This document shows, one piece after another, positions 42,266 through 55,569 of a stretch of DNA of 64,000 bases. Made by a program: the position numbers and the translations under genes. Every line of letters begins with the position of its first letter. Within the stretch, counting starts at the first letter, position 1. The notes under the pieces are model-generated. The model saw only the letters and a list, made by a program, of their open reading frames with translations. It ran no database searches and was not told the origin of the DNA. The stretch is from the NCBI RefSeq assembly GCF_006345805.1, contig NC_043007.1, positions 65,162,001 to 65,226,000 of the forward strand, given 5' to 3'. Source of the DNA: Octopus sinensis (taxonomy: Eukaryota).

Positions 42266-42762
42266 CTGCCACAAAGCAGAGGTACCATGGTATAACCCAC
42301 TATGGTGTGGTAAACTTTCAGACTCTAGTCTAGATTGCGAATCCTCTGTATCCCAGGATGGTTCAGCTCTCCATCCGTTAAAAGCCACCGTTTACGGAAT
42401 GAGGATAACATCGTAGCTTTCGCACCCGTGCAACCGCCAGTCTATTGCGTGTCATGGGTGGATCTTCAAGTTGCTACACACATTCTTAGTAGCTTAGAGT
42501 AGGCTCGAATTAGAGATTATTCTTCGTGGCTAATGGCGTGGGTCCTGATTGGTAGAAGAAGAAGAAGAAGAAGAAGAAGAAGAAGAAGAAGAAGAAGAAG
42601 AAGAAGAAGAAGAAGAGAAGAAGAAGAGAAGAAGAAGAAGAAGAACGAAGACAGAAGAAGAAGAAGAGAAGAAGAAGAAGAAGAAGAAGAAGAAGAAAAG
42701 AAGAAGAAGAAGAAGAAGAAGAAGAAGAAGAAGAAGAAGAAGAAGAAGAAGAAGAAGACGAT
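42266..42762 (+). mobile_element. Unclassified ~290-bp element with (GAA)n tail
   Basis: GC-balanced non-coding segment ending cctgattggt followed by ~205 bp (GAA)n. Confidence 0.45.
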
Positions 42763-42929
42763 AACGACGAGAAAACTACCAACAAATTGAACATTTAACA
42801 TTTAAAAATTCTTGAGGCGATCCGTACTGTGTAAAGTCACTGAATCCATCCAGATAACCTTTGATCCATTATGATACGCTAGCGTTTTTTCAAGTTCGTT
42901 TTGTACAGCTAACAATTGCCGCAACTCAC

Positions 42930-42992
42930 CAATGAGAGCGTCACTTCGTTGTCGTTCGAATATTTGGAAATAAAGACAATATACCATGCTAA
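42930..42992 (-). CDS. Candidate internal exon, 63 nt, phase 1-1
   Basis: Acceptor atcttttttttaaag|, frame xSMVYCLYFQIFERQRSDALI, donor G|GTGAGT; joins in frame to 33863. Confidence 0.5.
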
Positions 42993-43112
42993 CTTTAAAA
43001 AAAAGATTAAATAGGAATATTAGATAACGTTTTCTGAAATAATCAATGGATGGAAAAAATATTTCTACATAAGCGTGAGTGATGGCATATAAATGTGTAT
43101 GTAAGTTTGTAT

Positions 43113-43152
<40 letters not shown>

Positions 43153-43292
43153 TATGCATGTATACAGCTATGTGCACATGTGTATACGGGCTATGTATAT
43201 ATCGATGTATATACACACATGAGTATATATATATATATATATACATATACACACACGTTATATATATATACATATACATATATATATATGTG

Positions 43293-43346
<54 letters not shown>

Positions 43347-43626
43347 TTTTATGTGTATATATAATGCTTTGGCTACTTCTGCTGATCAACCAACGGGAGG
43401 ATGTTACGGTGCATAGTCGAAACACCCGATGATCGTTGGATATCGTCTGATGACATTCAGTTCCTCCGAGCCAAAGCTCCATTCACTTTGGTGAACAGAA
43501 AAGAAGCACCTTATACTAGTTGTTATCAACACAAACACACACATACATGCACACTTGAATGTATGTATGTATGTATGTATGTATGTATGTATGTATGTAT
43601 GTATGTATGTATGTATGTATGTATGT

Positions 43627-44176
43627 CAGGTCACTTTCGAGTGCTACTGGTAACATGTAATCCAGTACAACCTGTTGCATGGTCGGGTCGTCGGCGACTA
43701 AACCGGCAACCCCACCAAGCTTGCTTGGCGAGGAGGATGTTTATTGGTCACCCTGGGGGATGAAAAATAAAACCCGTCAAAGGGCGGAGGAATTCTTGAG
43801 AGTCAACGGCCATACAATAAATGTCTTAAGGCTGTATCATGCGCGGGAACATAGAAATAATCGGACTGAATATCCGATCGCGCGGTTAAACCATTGGGAG
43901 TGAATGACTCCTAGCCTTTGTTAGGGCATCCTTCTAGGAGAAGGTAACTCAGGTAACTGGGATAACTCCGAAATAAAACCTGCGGCTCAGTGGTTACCGA
44001 TGATGTTGACTTGTTCTTCTTTTCGGATTATGGCTGCTGTTGCTTAGTGAGTGAGATTGACTCAGTGCACAGCCTTTCCTCACTTTAAAAAAATCTTCTT
44101 GCACAGGCATTGCACGATAACAACATTGATTAAGCTTCGTGCAATGGCCATACTCGATAACGAGGGGGCAGCCACC
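43627..44176 (+). mobile_element. Non-autonomous RTE-type element inserted in (TATG)n
   Basis: gggcatccttctaggagaaggtaactc (43924-43950) resembles the conserved RTE 5'UTR motif; (TATG)n on both sides; no ORF. Confidence 0.7.
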
Positions 44177-44229
44177 ATGTATGTATGAATGAATGTACGC
44201 ATATGTGCAGATCTATATGTTTTGTTTTA

Positions 44230-44800
44230 TGTATGCATTCTCATGCATATATTATTCTCATTTATATGTATTCTCATGCATATGTAGACATGCTCATATA
44301 TATTTAAATGATAAACTTCTGGAAAGCTTTACAGATTTTTACCGTTCCAGTGATGGATTAGATCTGTAGTCCTCGAATTAGCTTTCTCCTTTCTAATTTC
44401 GAGAAGCCCAATTTCTCAAGATTGGTATTTAGGCAGTGTGTTACATATCACAGGGCCCCAATAATTACAGCTATAAACCTGAACTTGTAATCTGGATAGA
44501 GTAACTGCAAATTTCTCAATAGTTCAGCGTTAAGCATTCTCTTTTTCATTGATCTTCAGTTTTGTTAACATCCGCTGGGCAGCTAATTTCGACAACGGTA
44601 CACAGTTTTTCTTCCCTCTCCCAAATCATTATATCAGGTCTGTTGTGCTTACATTTTGTTGAGATCTTTACTGGGACATTCCATCAGTTTTTTTATTATC
44701 AGTGGATATGGCTTCTGCCATACTGTGGGTTCACGTATATATTCATGTATTCATGGATATTATTTTGCGACTGAATGAAAATGAATTTCTTAAAGTATTC
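44230..44800 (-). mobile_element. RLE-type (R4/NeSL-like) LINE 3' end with PD-(D/E)xK endonuclease
   Basis: WNVPVKISTKCKHNRPDIMIWEREEKLCTVVEISCPADVN..EKEN..ELLRNLQLLYPDYKFRFIAVIIGAL..SITGTVKICKAF. Confidence 0.88.
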
Positions 44801-45003
44801 AATACGATTGTTTGTCGGAAATGTACAAAATCTGGTAATGTTAAAACTTGTGAATTAGACAGTGATTGCACAATCAAACCGCGCTTTCTTCCTGAGGGTT
44901 TTCTTTCTTCCCAACTAGAAATGAACTATCTTGAACAAACCGCAGTACAAGCTTGAATTTTACACTTATATCCGTGTAACTATACACAAACAACATTACC
45001 CCC

Positions 45004-45038
<35 letters not shown>

Positions 45039-45099
45039 ATATGTGTATGTGTGAGTGTCTGTGTATGTGTGTACATTACACCACACACACACACACACA

Positions 45100-45183
<84 letters not shown>

Positions 45184-45191
45184 GTATTAAA

Positions 45192-46376
45192 CTAGCTGAA
45201 TAGCCCGTCGTTGCCGGGAAATTTTTACAATAGAATGTCTTATGTAAATTTTTGCTTATTCCATGTCAGATCATACCTTCCTCGACAGATAGGCCTCTTG
45301 ATCAGGACAGATTTGTGAAAGTTTTTGCAAATAAACTTCGTTGAGGAACTGTTTCCTTTTTAAATTATTCACATTCCTGTTTGATCTTTTCACATGACTT
45401 TATAAAAATTTCTTCTCGTAATAATTTTTCTTTTATTTTGTGATAGACAGCTATCATACAGAAAATGACAGCTTCTAAATCATATCTTCTGATTAGGTTA
45501 AATTGGTTAAACTTAAAACCTCTGTAACATTTTCTGCAATTTTTCTGAAATAAATAAAATCGGATTTACCTTGGAAAATCATTTCAATACACCTAATTTG
45601 AAGATTTTGACGTAATTTTAAATTTTCACAAGATGTGACAACAACAAAGAAGACCCTACAAAAGTTGAGAAACATACGTCACACACGCACGCGCACACAC
45701 TCTCACACACACACACACAGATAATCAAAGTTTTAGATGGTGTGTAGTAGACATATGTATGTATATATGTGTGTGTGTGTGTGTGTATGCATATATGTAT
45801 GTGTGTCTGTGTGTGAGTGTTTCTTTGCGATGGACGGGTCACCTGTGAACAATTGTTGTCAACTTACCCCCTCGCTCTTTAAAGCTGTGTATTTCTCACA
45901 TCCACCTTTCTTTCCCTTCTTCGGTGTTTTAAAAGTGACTTATGTGTACGTGCATGTGTGTGTGTGTATGCATGTGCCTATGTAAGTAGCGTCGCGTATA
46001 TATCCTTGAATGACAGCTGGATTAACGTTAGCATCCCACTTCCACTCCATATTTGTCGCTTACACAACTTTGTTCTTCCCTTCCCTGATATCAGGCATAC
46101 TCACTATTCCACCACATTTCACCTTACACTAACACTCTTGCACCGTTCTCATTTTATCAAATAATAAGCCAATTGAGAAAATAAATGAGTTGACCAGTAA
46201 TACCAGGAAAGCGCCCCCACCTCAGGAGGCCCATTATAGATTCTATTGAAATCCAATTAGCCTATAATTTGACTGTATGTATGCAAAGTTTCATCAAGAG
46301 TGGTTCACTGGTGTAGGTAACAAGATGGTAACAAACAGACAGACAATTAGACATTAATTTTCATTTATGTATAAGA
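45192..46376 (-). mobile_element. Non-autonomous Helitron (~1.2 kb)
   Basis: A|TC start 46376; 3' hairpin CCCG gcaacga CGGG and CTAG|T end at 45192. Confidence 0.8.
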
Positions 46377-46819
46377 TATGTATATATGAATATACAATAT
46401 ATGCACACGTATATGTATACATACATATATGCTAATTTACATATATATGCATGTTTATATTGTCAGTGTTTTTTAAAATACCTTTAATTTCGAGGTTGAA
46501 TAAAATCTACAAACCCAAGTAGAAATAGACACAAAAAAGTTATTTTACGTTCCTTCGAAATTTATAAATATCATTATGACGTCAACAACGTTCAATTCTT
46601 ACTGGTAGGAATAAATTAAAAAATTTAGATTTAGTAATGCGATGGATTGGTTTTGTCCAGTGATAGGACGCGTATCGTGTTTATAAGTAATGTATGGTCG
46701 ACCCTTACGGGTAGCCTCCAACTTTATCTATCCAAAAGGGGTTTCTTCATATCCTATATGTACACGCTATCATTTATAATTCGGGAGCCACTTCGGGAGC
46801 CACTTTTCCAAAGAAGAAT

Positions 46820-46879
<60 letters not shown>

Positions 46880-47041
46880 TATATATATATATAATATTAT
46901 TAGAGACAAAACCAAAACTATTTTGCAAAACAAACAAGGAAAGACTTAATCAATACATAAAATTTCAATAAATAGTCAAAAAAACCGCCACTACAATTGT
47001 TTCTTGTCTTGATCGACAATGTGTGTGAGTGTTTCTTTGCG

Positions 47042-47103
<62 letters not shown>

Positions 47104-48199
47104 TGTGTGTGTGTATTAGTGTGCTTATATATACTGATATACATTTATGTATTGAGGATGACACCAAAAGATGTATACATTGCTTAATAGTTGATAACAT
47201 TTATTTTTCATTTATTTTTAGAGTTAATGTATAAGAAATAATGAAGGAAGCCAGTCTAAGATTTAAACAAAGGAAATTTATCTTAAAGAGTATTCTTATA
47301 TTGGCGCAATGTGGCCAAAGGTTAAAAAGGTAGATTCGTGTCAGAGTCTGACAAAAGCGTGTATGTTGAAACTTGAAGTTACTATCAACCTTTCCTTGTA
47401 AAAGTTAATAAATATATGTAGTCAGCTAAAAGGTCTTGAGAAATCCTTCAGTTTATAATTAAATTGTTTTAAAATAGAACTTGGTATAAAAACAAGCATT
47501 AATATATCTATATGTATGAATGTATGCATGTATATATGTATGCATGTATGTATGTATTCATGTATGAATGCATGTATGTATGTAGACATATATATATATA
47601 TATATAGGTAGATAGACAGAGGGACAGACAGGAAAACAGACAGGCACACAGACGGATAGAGAAACAAACGCGCAGATAGACAGACAGATAGACATAGATA
47701 GAAAGATATTTAGATAGATGCCTACAATGCCCGCATCCACACACATATAATGCGATATTTGAAATTTAACTTGATCTAAAACGAGACGTCTGTCACAATG
47801 CCATGGTGACATGATTGATAGACTGACATTTGATGAGTAAACTTTCTATTTAAGAGTGTGGGTGTGGTTGTTCGTCTGTGTATAAAGAGAGAAAGAGGTG
47901 TTGCATTCGAATGAATAAATTCGATTACTGTATTCTTCTCCCTGGTTTAAATACCTTCGCCACTCAATCCTTTATTTATAAATTCCCCTTCTATTGTGAT
48001 AAACGTTAAGTCCCTAAAAATCCCCTCTTAAGCAGAATTCTAAGTAGAATAGCTGGAGTGGACATAGCAGAGAGCTACTTAGTAGCAAGAAGTAGCTTAG
48101 GTCAAGTTAATCCGATGTACGTAGAACTGCGGTGATATCGATTGCTAGTTGAGTTCTATTACTCCAATCAGCTTGAATCATTATCTGCAATCAGATATA

Positions 48200-49410
48200 T
48201 ATTATATATATATTACATAATGCACGGTAAAATCCGGCAATCCGAGGAAACTGTTGATGGTTTTCATCGGTAACGATTAATTTATAAAAGACTTCGTAGA
48301 ATATTTCTGCGTGTTTAATTGCTGTGAAACGAATATATCGTTTCAAACTCTTGGCTTTCCTTTGTAGTAGTATGAAGGAGAGAGATGGGGTTGTATAGTC
48401 GCTAACCAAAATGGCAGTATCACTTGCAAAGCAGCATGACAACACTACTTGCAACCAAAAATCAACACTTTCCGAACAAAGGACATTAGTTTCTGGTGAA
48501 GGACAACGTATTCCTTAACGATTGAACTTTTGGTATTTTTTATATATGTGTAGATATGAGGGAGTTGGTTATGTACTTGAAAGAAAGGGATGTTAGTGAC
48601 GGATAATACCTTTGGTAGGTGTCCTATACATTTCTTTTCAGGACAGCTCGTCTGCCACTGGCCCTGGCGTGTCAACTAACTCTCACCTTTTACTCTACGA
48701 ACTGTCTGCATACGGTGGTGCACCATCTTCAGCACACTGGTATTGGCAGGCCGGCTAAACAAGACTATGTGTTGTCGACATGTTTTAAATTTTTGGTGAA
48801 AATCTTTAAAGGATTCTCACCCGACGCATATGAAGATGAGGTTTCTTGTTAAGTGTGCGAAAAACAAACCAACCACTGGAAGAGGATATCGCTAAGGTCG
48901 GTGTGTGTCTCATACCTCGGAGTATGATGTAGACCATTTTGGTTATCTCACTATATTCTTGGTATGTCAGCAGTTATCTCGGCCTGTCTTGCCACTGTTC
49001 CAGGCAGACGGGAAAGTGAGGCTAGTCATCCAGCACAGCCCTATTTCATTAGTCCAGAGCAAATCAGGGCTCGTATTTTTGAAACTACAAATAAACAGCG
49101 AATCATTCGTTTTGCCAATTGGGGTATTAGGTGCACCTGCGACAATGAAATTCCAACATATCAGTAGGGTTTCCGATTGTAGAAGCAAACAACCGGTGTA
49201 AAATATGCTGGAGCAAACATTATATGAATTTCCGGTTACCTGCGGAAATGGATCCTCTATTGTTGATACTCTTGAAAAGTACTCTTGGAGGTGGAGCCCT
49301 GGGCAACTTCGAAAACGTAGGCTGATCAAATCGCGTTTATTAGCTTCTAGTGAGGTGGAGTCTGCGACACAGATTCTATTCCTGATAATTATTCGGTAGT
49401 GATTGGTCAC
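48200..49410 (-). mobile_element. Ancient L1/Tx1-like RT remnant
   Basis: Motifs in the expected order: RSCPGL..EYF (KSPGxDG..EFY), VHLIPQ (ITLIPK), KNTSPDLL (KNWRPISLL), GRDN, PYADS (YADD); lower boundary approximate. Confidence 0.5.
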
Positions 49411-50053
49411 TTAATCCGCAAACACCGCTGAATTTTTTTTCAAAGTCGCATTTTCCATTCATTAGTCTCTTCAAGTCGATAATCTTATCAATTCTTGATG
49501 AATACCTCTAATCACAAGCAATCGATCAATTCTTGATGGATATCTCTAATCACAAGCAGTCGATCATCAGGCTGCATTTATTGCTCTACTGAGTGGGAAT
49601 AATTAAATAGTTATCATTACGTTGTTGCTCTTCTTTAATGCATCCGTGTCAGACCTGTTAAAGCATATAACCATGATCGAAAGGTCTAGCGCTAATCACC
49701 CCATGTTATTTTTCAGTGATTGTTATAATATTCTTGATATTATCCAATAAGTCCTTCTTTCATGAAATGGATGATTTGTGAGATATTTAGGGAATACTCG
49801 AGGCAGGTCGAGACACTTAAAATCGACACTAGTTTCAAAGAGGATGAAAGATATATTTTTAAGGTTTCCTACGAAGTTTTTAAAGGAAGAATTGTGTGTA
49901 GGAGTGGGAGTGGCTCTGTGTGTGTGTGTGTGTGTATGAGTGCAAGGAAAAAGTTCAGTATACAAAACATTGTAGCAGTTAATATTGATTAACAGAATGT
50001 GAAATGCTGAAAAGAGAGAAGAGTAGCGATGGGATAACTGAGGGATAGAGATA

Positions 50054-50143
<90 letters not shown>
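50054..50143. repeat. (TATC)n microsatellite
   Basis: Directly visible. Confidence 0.95.
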
Positions 50144-50144
<1 letters not shown>

Positions 50145-50802
50145 GCAGCCTTACATTATACGTTTAAAGATGCTGTGGTGTCTTTAAACGTATAATTTAT
50201 AACTATGTCTATTCTTTTAAAAACCACCATAAGCAGAATACCACCTCCCTGGTTGAACTGATATAAGAATAATTTAATAAACCAACGTAATGTATTATCT
50301 ATAAGATACCCACACAAATGTAACATGTATTTCGGTAATATTCTGAAAACCTACCATTCTTTCTGTTTTTGTTTTTTTGTGAGGACAGACGTAGTGGATA
50401 GAGGTGATTTTTAAACGATTCATCTACATGTTTATTTCTATATGCCCTTACATATTTCCAAATTGAATTTTTCTGATTTATTTTGATAGGCCTTTTTTTA
50501 TGTGTATCCGAGTCTAATTTTTGGTCTCCATCCTACTTTCCATTAACAATACCTTGAGGTCTCTTACCGTCTAACTATTTTTCAAATGCTTTCTAATCGC
50601 TTCCATCTCCCCTGAGAACTGTGCTTGTCTATCCATATTTGATAAAATTATAAATTGCTGCTATTAGTATCTTTTAACTTAATTCTAATCTACTCTTCTT
50701 TTGAATTTCCTTTTCTTCTTTCTTATCATATACTATGAGTTCCCCTTTCTTCCTAGCCTGTAATTCACCCTTCTTTATAGTAAGCTTATTTATCGCTTTG
50801 AA

Positions 50803-51032
50803 AGGCGGCGAGCTGGCAGAACCGTTAGCACGCCGGGCGAAATGCGTAGCCGTATTTAGTCTGCCGTTACGTTCTGAGTTCAAATTCCGCCGAGGTCGAC
50901 TTGGTCTTTCATCTTTTCGGGGTCGATAAATTAAGTACCAGTTATGCACTGGAGTCGATGTAATCGATTACTCCCTTTGCCTGTCCTTGTTTGTCCCCTC
51001 TATGTTTAGCCCCTTGTAGGTAATAAAGAAAC
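50803..51032 (+). mobile_element. Full-length tRNA-derived SINE, family 2
   Basis: ggcggcgagctggcagaaccgttagc...gagttcaaattccgccgaggtcgac...ttagccccttgt..aataaagaaa. Confidence 0.92.
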
Positions 51033-52959
51033 AAATATTTAACGCTTTGTTTTTCAATTCATTCATTTTTGCGGTTATTATTTACTTGTTTTTCCTGATG
51101 CTCACTTGTCGTTTGTCTTAATTGTTAATTTGTAATTGTAGTCTTTAACTTTTACGAAAAAATTTTCATAAATGCATGATTTTCAAAAGTGCTATTAATT
51201 GTGCATTTCAACGTATATCAGCGATTTATGTTAGTCACTTTTTAATTGTATTTCGACTCGCTTTTCTCGTCATCGTCAATAGATTTCATCCAGCTGATTT
51301 TTGTTATTGTGAGTAATAACACGCTGTCGAATCAGTTTTAAAACTTTGTTTAACGATTTTCTAAATAATTATGATTACACCGTTTATAAACTTTTATAAT
51401 CGATGGTACTGTTGTCTTGCGACTGTCTGGCGATCACCTACGTGAAACTCTAAGTTACAGTTTGTGCAAATTTTCGACTTCAATAAAATGTTTTACTCTA
51501 CGTTTCGTATTCGGGAACTATATTACTAACCATTTTGCTCTTACGTATTCATATGTGCCTTTGCTTTGTGCATGTAATTGTTTTGAGTCACACACTATAT
51601 TATATATTAAGTTACATTTTTTTTAATGCCGGTATAACTATCAGTGCATCTCGTAGTAAAGTTTGCAGTATCTAGATTGGGGCCTCATTACACATTGTAA
51701 AGAAATTTACTTATTTATTACATCCGATTATGTTACTTTTACTTAAAAAAAACAACACAATTATTAAAGTCTACACTGTCTAGATAATTCTTATAAATTC
51801 CAATCTTAGACCTTTTTTTTTTTTAATAAAAATTTAATTTGCAAGATTCTTTTATTTTTGAAGATTTCCGCTTCACAAAACTAACTTTTGTTCTCTGCAA
51901 TATAGCAATCCTCCATTACCAGATAGAGTTTTTTAAACATGTTTTTTTATACTTCTGAGAAAATAAATCTTACATAAGTATTTGAAACTGTACTTTATAC
52001 AGACTTATCAGTAAAAACATTTCTCCAAATTATAAGTTTCATACAGCGTCAGTCAAACTATGTTGATTCTTGTATCATTTCCTATTTGTTAAGTTTTGAT
52101 GAAACACAAAACTGAATAAGCAGAATGGTTTTAATTTGTAAACGTCAATTGTAAAAAATATAAACTTGTCTCATTTTATTTAACTAAAGTATTTCCCCCA
52201 ACTTAAATTTCACATAACTTTCTGAAAATTGATATTTTTAATGAAATTTTCTGCAAATACCTTTTAGATAATGTAGATTACGGTTATATCGGTGTTTGCT
52301 GCGAAAACGTTTTTCGGGAGAAAGGAGGGGGGTGTTTCGGATAATTCACACGCTGCGACTTTGTTTTCTCATAACTTTCATATTTTGATGATGTAGACTA
52401 CAATTATGTTGACGCAGGATTATTTTCATGACCCTTTCCGTTCAAGAATTTGTAAAATGAATATTTTAAAAATAAATTGAAAAAGAAATGTCGGAGGTGA
52501 ATTTGCTGTTGTGGCTGTTTGGTATGATATAGGCCTTAGAGTTAACCATGATGATCCCTGCTATTTCTTGCTTATTAAATGATCACATAAAGGCTGAACT
52601 ACCTTTGAGTTTGTTTAAAGGAAGTTATTAAAGAGACTAAGTTGAGTCAACAAAATACCCGATTTTTTCATAAATTCTAATGCTTGGAATTATTCTAAAT
52701 TTATTTACTGAGCGAGAGAATACTGTTTCACGAATAAATACAAGTGAAAATTAGACTTAAAGAGGAAAAGTTAAACAAATTGGGAATCAAATGTGTAAAT
52801 ACCAGTTAACGACTAGCAGATATACATTACACTTACTATGTTATTTCACCTTAGAGAGAATTGTTTATAACTCGTTGGCATTATATATGAATGTTTGTAC
52901 ACATTCATATATGTCTGCGTGCGTATGTGCATACATACATACATACATACATACATACA

Positions 52960-53297
<338 letters not shown>

Positions 53298-53511
53298 ATT
53301 TATAATTACGAGTATAATTATAATTAGGGTTCAGCAAAGATTTGCTTTACCACATACCGAAGTTTAGAAATAGCAGCCAAAGAACCTTAGCTATTTCTTC
53401 AACTATAAGAAGAGACTCCCAGACAAAAACAGTGCCGAATTCTACTTGGTGAAATTAATGATTACTAGTTAATTAATTAATTTTACCCATTATTATATAT
53501 ATATATATATA

Positions 53512-53541
<30 letters not shown>

Positions 53542-53559
<18 letters not shown>

Positions 53560-54330
53560 AAATTAAGAAATGGAGATGCTATTCAAACACAGATGTTATT
53601 CAAATAATTTATACTTCCCGCATATGTTTCGAAAAAAGCATTGAGATTATTCTGGCAGGGATAAAAATGATGTAAAACAATGCAATCATCTTGTCAGGGA
53701 AAAAAAAGGAACAAAACTCATCCATAAACCATTTTAACCGAATGTGATTACCGCGGACGTAAGTATATGATGTAAGGGTTAAGCTCGCAAGTTATTTTTT
53801 AAAAATTAAGGGTGAAAAGATATAATGTGCTAGATGAATGGGAATAAAGTTTAAAAGCGTGTGCGTGATTGTACGTGCATCTGATATGTATGGATTTGTG
53901 TCTCCATACTGTGGGTATTGGGGTATCACTACCTTCTACGTACATCTATTTAATACTGAGGTAGTTTCATTTATGACGACGTACTCCTGTATTTGTCTGA
54001 GTGACGGGTCATTCGGGTGCTTAGCTAAAATGCGGATGTCAAGTCGATCCAGTGTGCCTTTATGTTGGTCTTTGGCATGTTGTAGAGTATGGAGGACTGT
54101 TTTTTTATTGTCATATTGTCTCAAATTGTCATTTAGTCTCTCCGTAATGCTTCTAAATGTCTCACCAATGCATGTCATGTTCTTGCCTTATAAGCATCTT
54201 CTATGCACCTCATAATTGAAACATCCCTAGTATTAAATAGGAGATATACAAAGAAAGTAGTGTTACCTCAATGCCCACAGTTTATACATACACAGGTAGG
54301 TTTGTTAGTAGGCTGCTATATAGACGTGTA
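53542..54330 (-). mobile_element. Penelope-like element 3' end: GIY-YIG domain, pLTR with hammerhead remnant, inverted partial copy
   Basis: TCIGETFRSITERL..LQHAKDQH..IRILAKH..LRQIQEYVVI..VLNR; minus TTCC-CTGACAA...GCATTG/CAATGC...GAAA-CATATG-CGGGAA at 53615-53701; 54210-54285 is an inverted copy of 53908-53976. Confidence 0.85.
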
Positions 54331-54371
54331 TATATATATATATATATATACACACGTCTACATAATATATT

Positions 54372-54422
<51 letters not shown>

Positions 54423-54802
54423 CAATTAAAAATGAGGGTGTCTAAGAGACACCAACATGCCGAAATAGCAGTCGAAATTCTGACTATAAAAACCACGTTA
54501 AGAGCTCATATCGTACCATGAGATAAGACAGAGGGACAAAATATACAAGCAAAACTTATTGAATAATTCAAGATCCTGGATTTCTGGTTTTGCTTTAAAT
54601 AAGCTTTACCGTCATCAATTGAATATATCAAGGGTACATAAATACAGATATATATATATGCAGAACAAACGATATACTTACATATACGAACGTCCATACA
54701 TAAATACATATGTACGTATATTGTTAAAAATTATTACCTTTGTACGGTATTTTTTTCATGCTGGCCACTTGATAATATTGATACTTAAATATCGATATTA
54801 TC

Positions 54803-54890
<88 letters not shown>

Positions 54891-55093
54891 TTGGTAAATA
54901 GATATATAAGTAAACAGATAGATAGGTAGATGGATAGGTACATAGGTAATTCGGACAAATAAGCATGCACACACACACATACATACACAAAAGACTGAAT
55001 CACATGACCTAATGCATACATGCACACTTCACGCACACACACACACTCACAAAGACACATATGGAGACGCACATCCCTACATAACAGACGCAC

Positions 55094-55140
<47 letters not shown>

Positions 55141-55569
55141 TACACACAGACACGCGCATACATACATACATACATACATACATACATTCATACATACATA
55201 CCTACATACATACATACATACATACATTCATATATACATATATATATGTGTGTATACACATGCACACTGACGCACACACGTGCGCACAAACAAACAAAAA
55301 GAACGCAGCTCCGATAACGGGCAGCTAACGACTATTGAGGAGGTTACCAGAAGCAACAAAAAGTTTAGAAAAAAAAGAGGAAATGAGTGGAAATCGAACC
55401 GGTGAGTGTGTTGATTAATGAAGCATTAAAACAGAACGACTATCTCTAGACACAATAAAATATGCTTCAACACACAAATTCACATAAAGAATCTTGCAAA
55501 CCAAATAAAAAAATGTGTGTGGGTGTGTGTGGTGTATGCATATAATACTCTTAAACATACACAGATGCG

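Noticed and set aside
43380-43470. CTGATCA..GAAAC and CTGATGA hammerhead-like boxes
   Set aside because: Could not build stems I-III consistently
48967-49410. 147-aa minus-strand ORF as a host gene
   Set aside because: Better explained as a decayed L1/Tx1 RT by motif order
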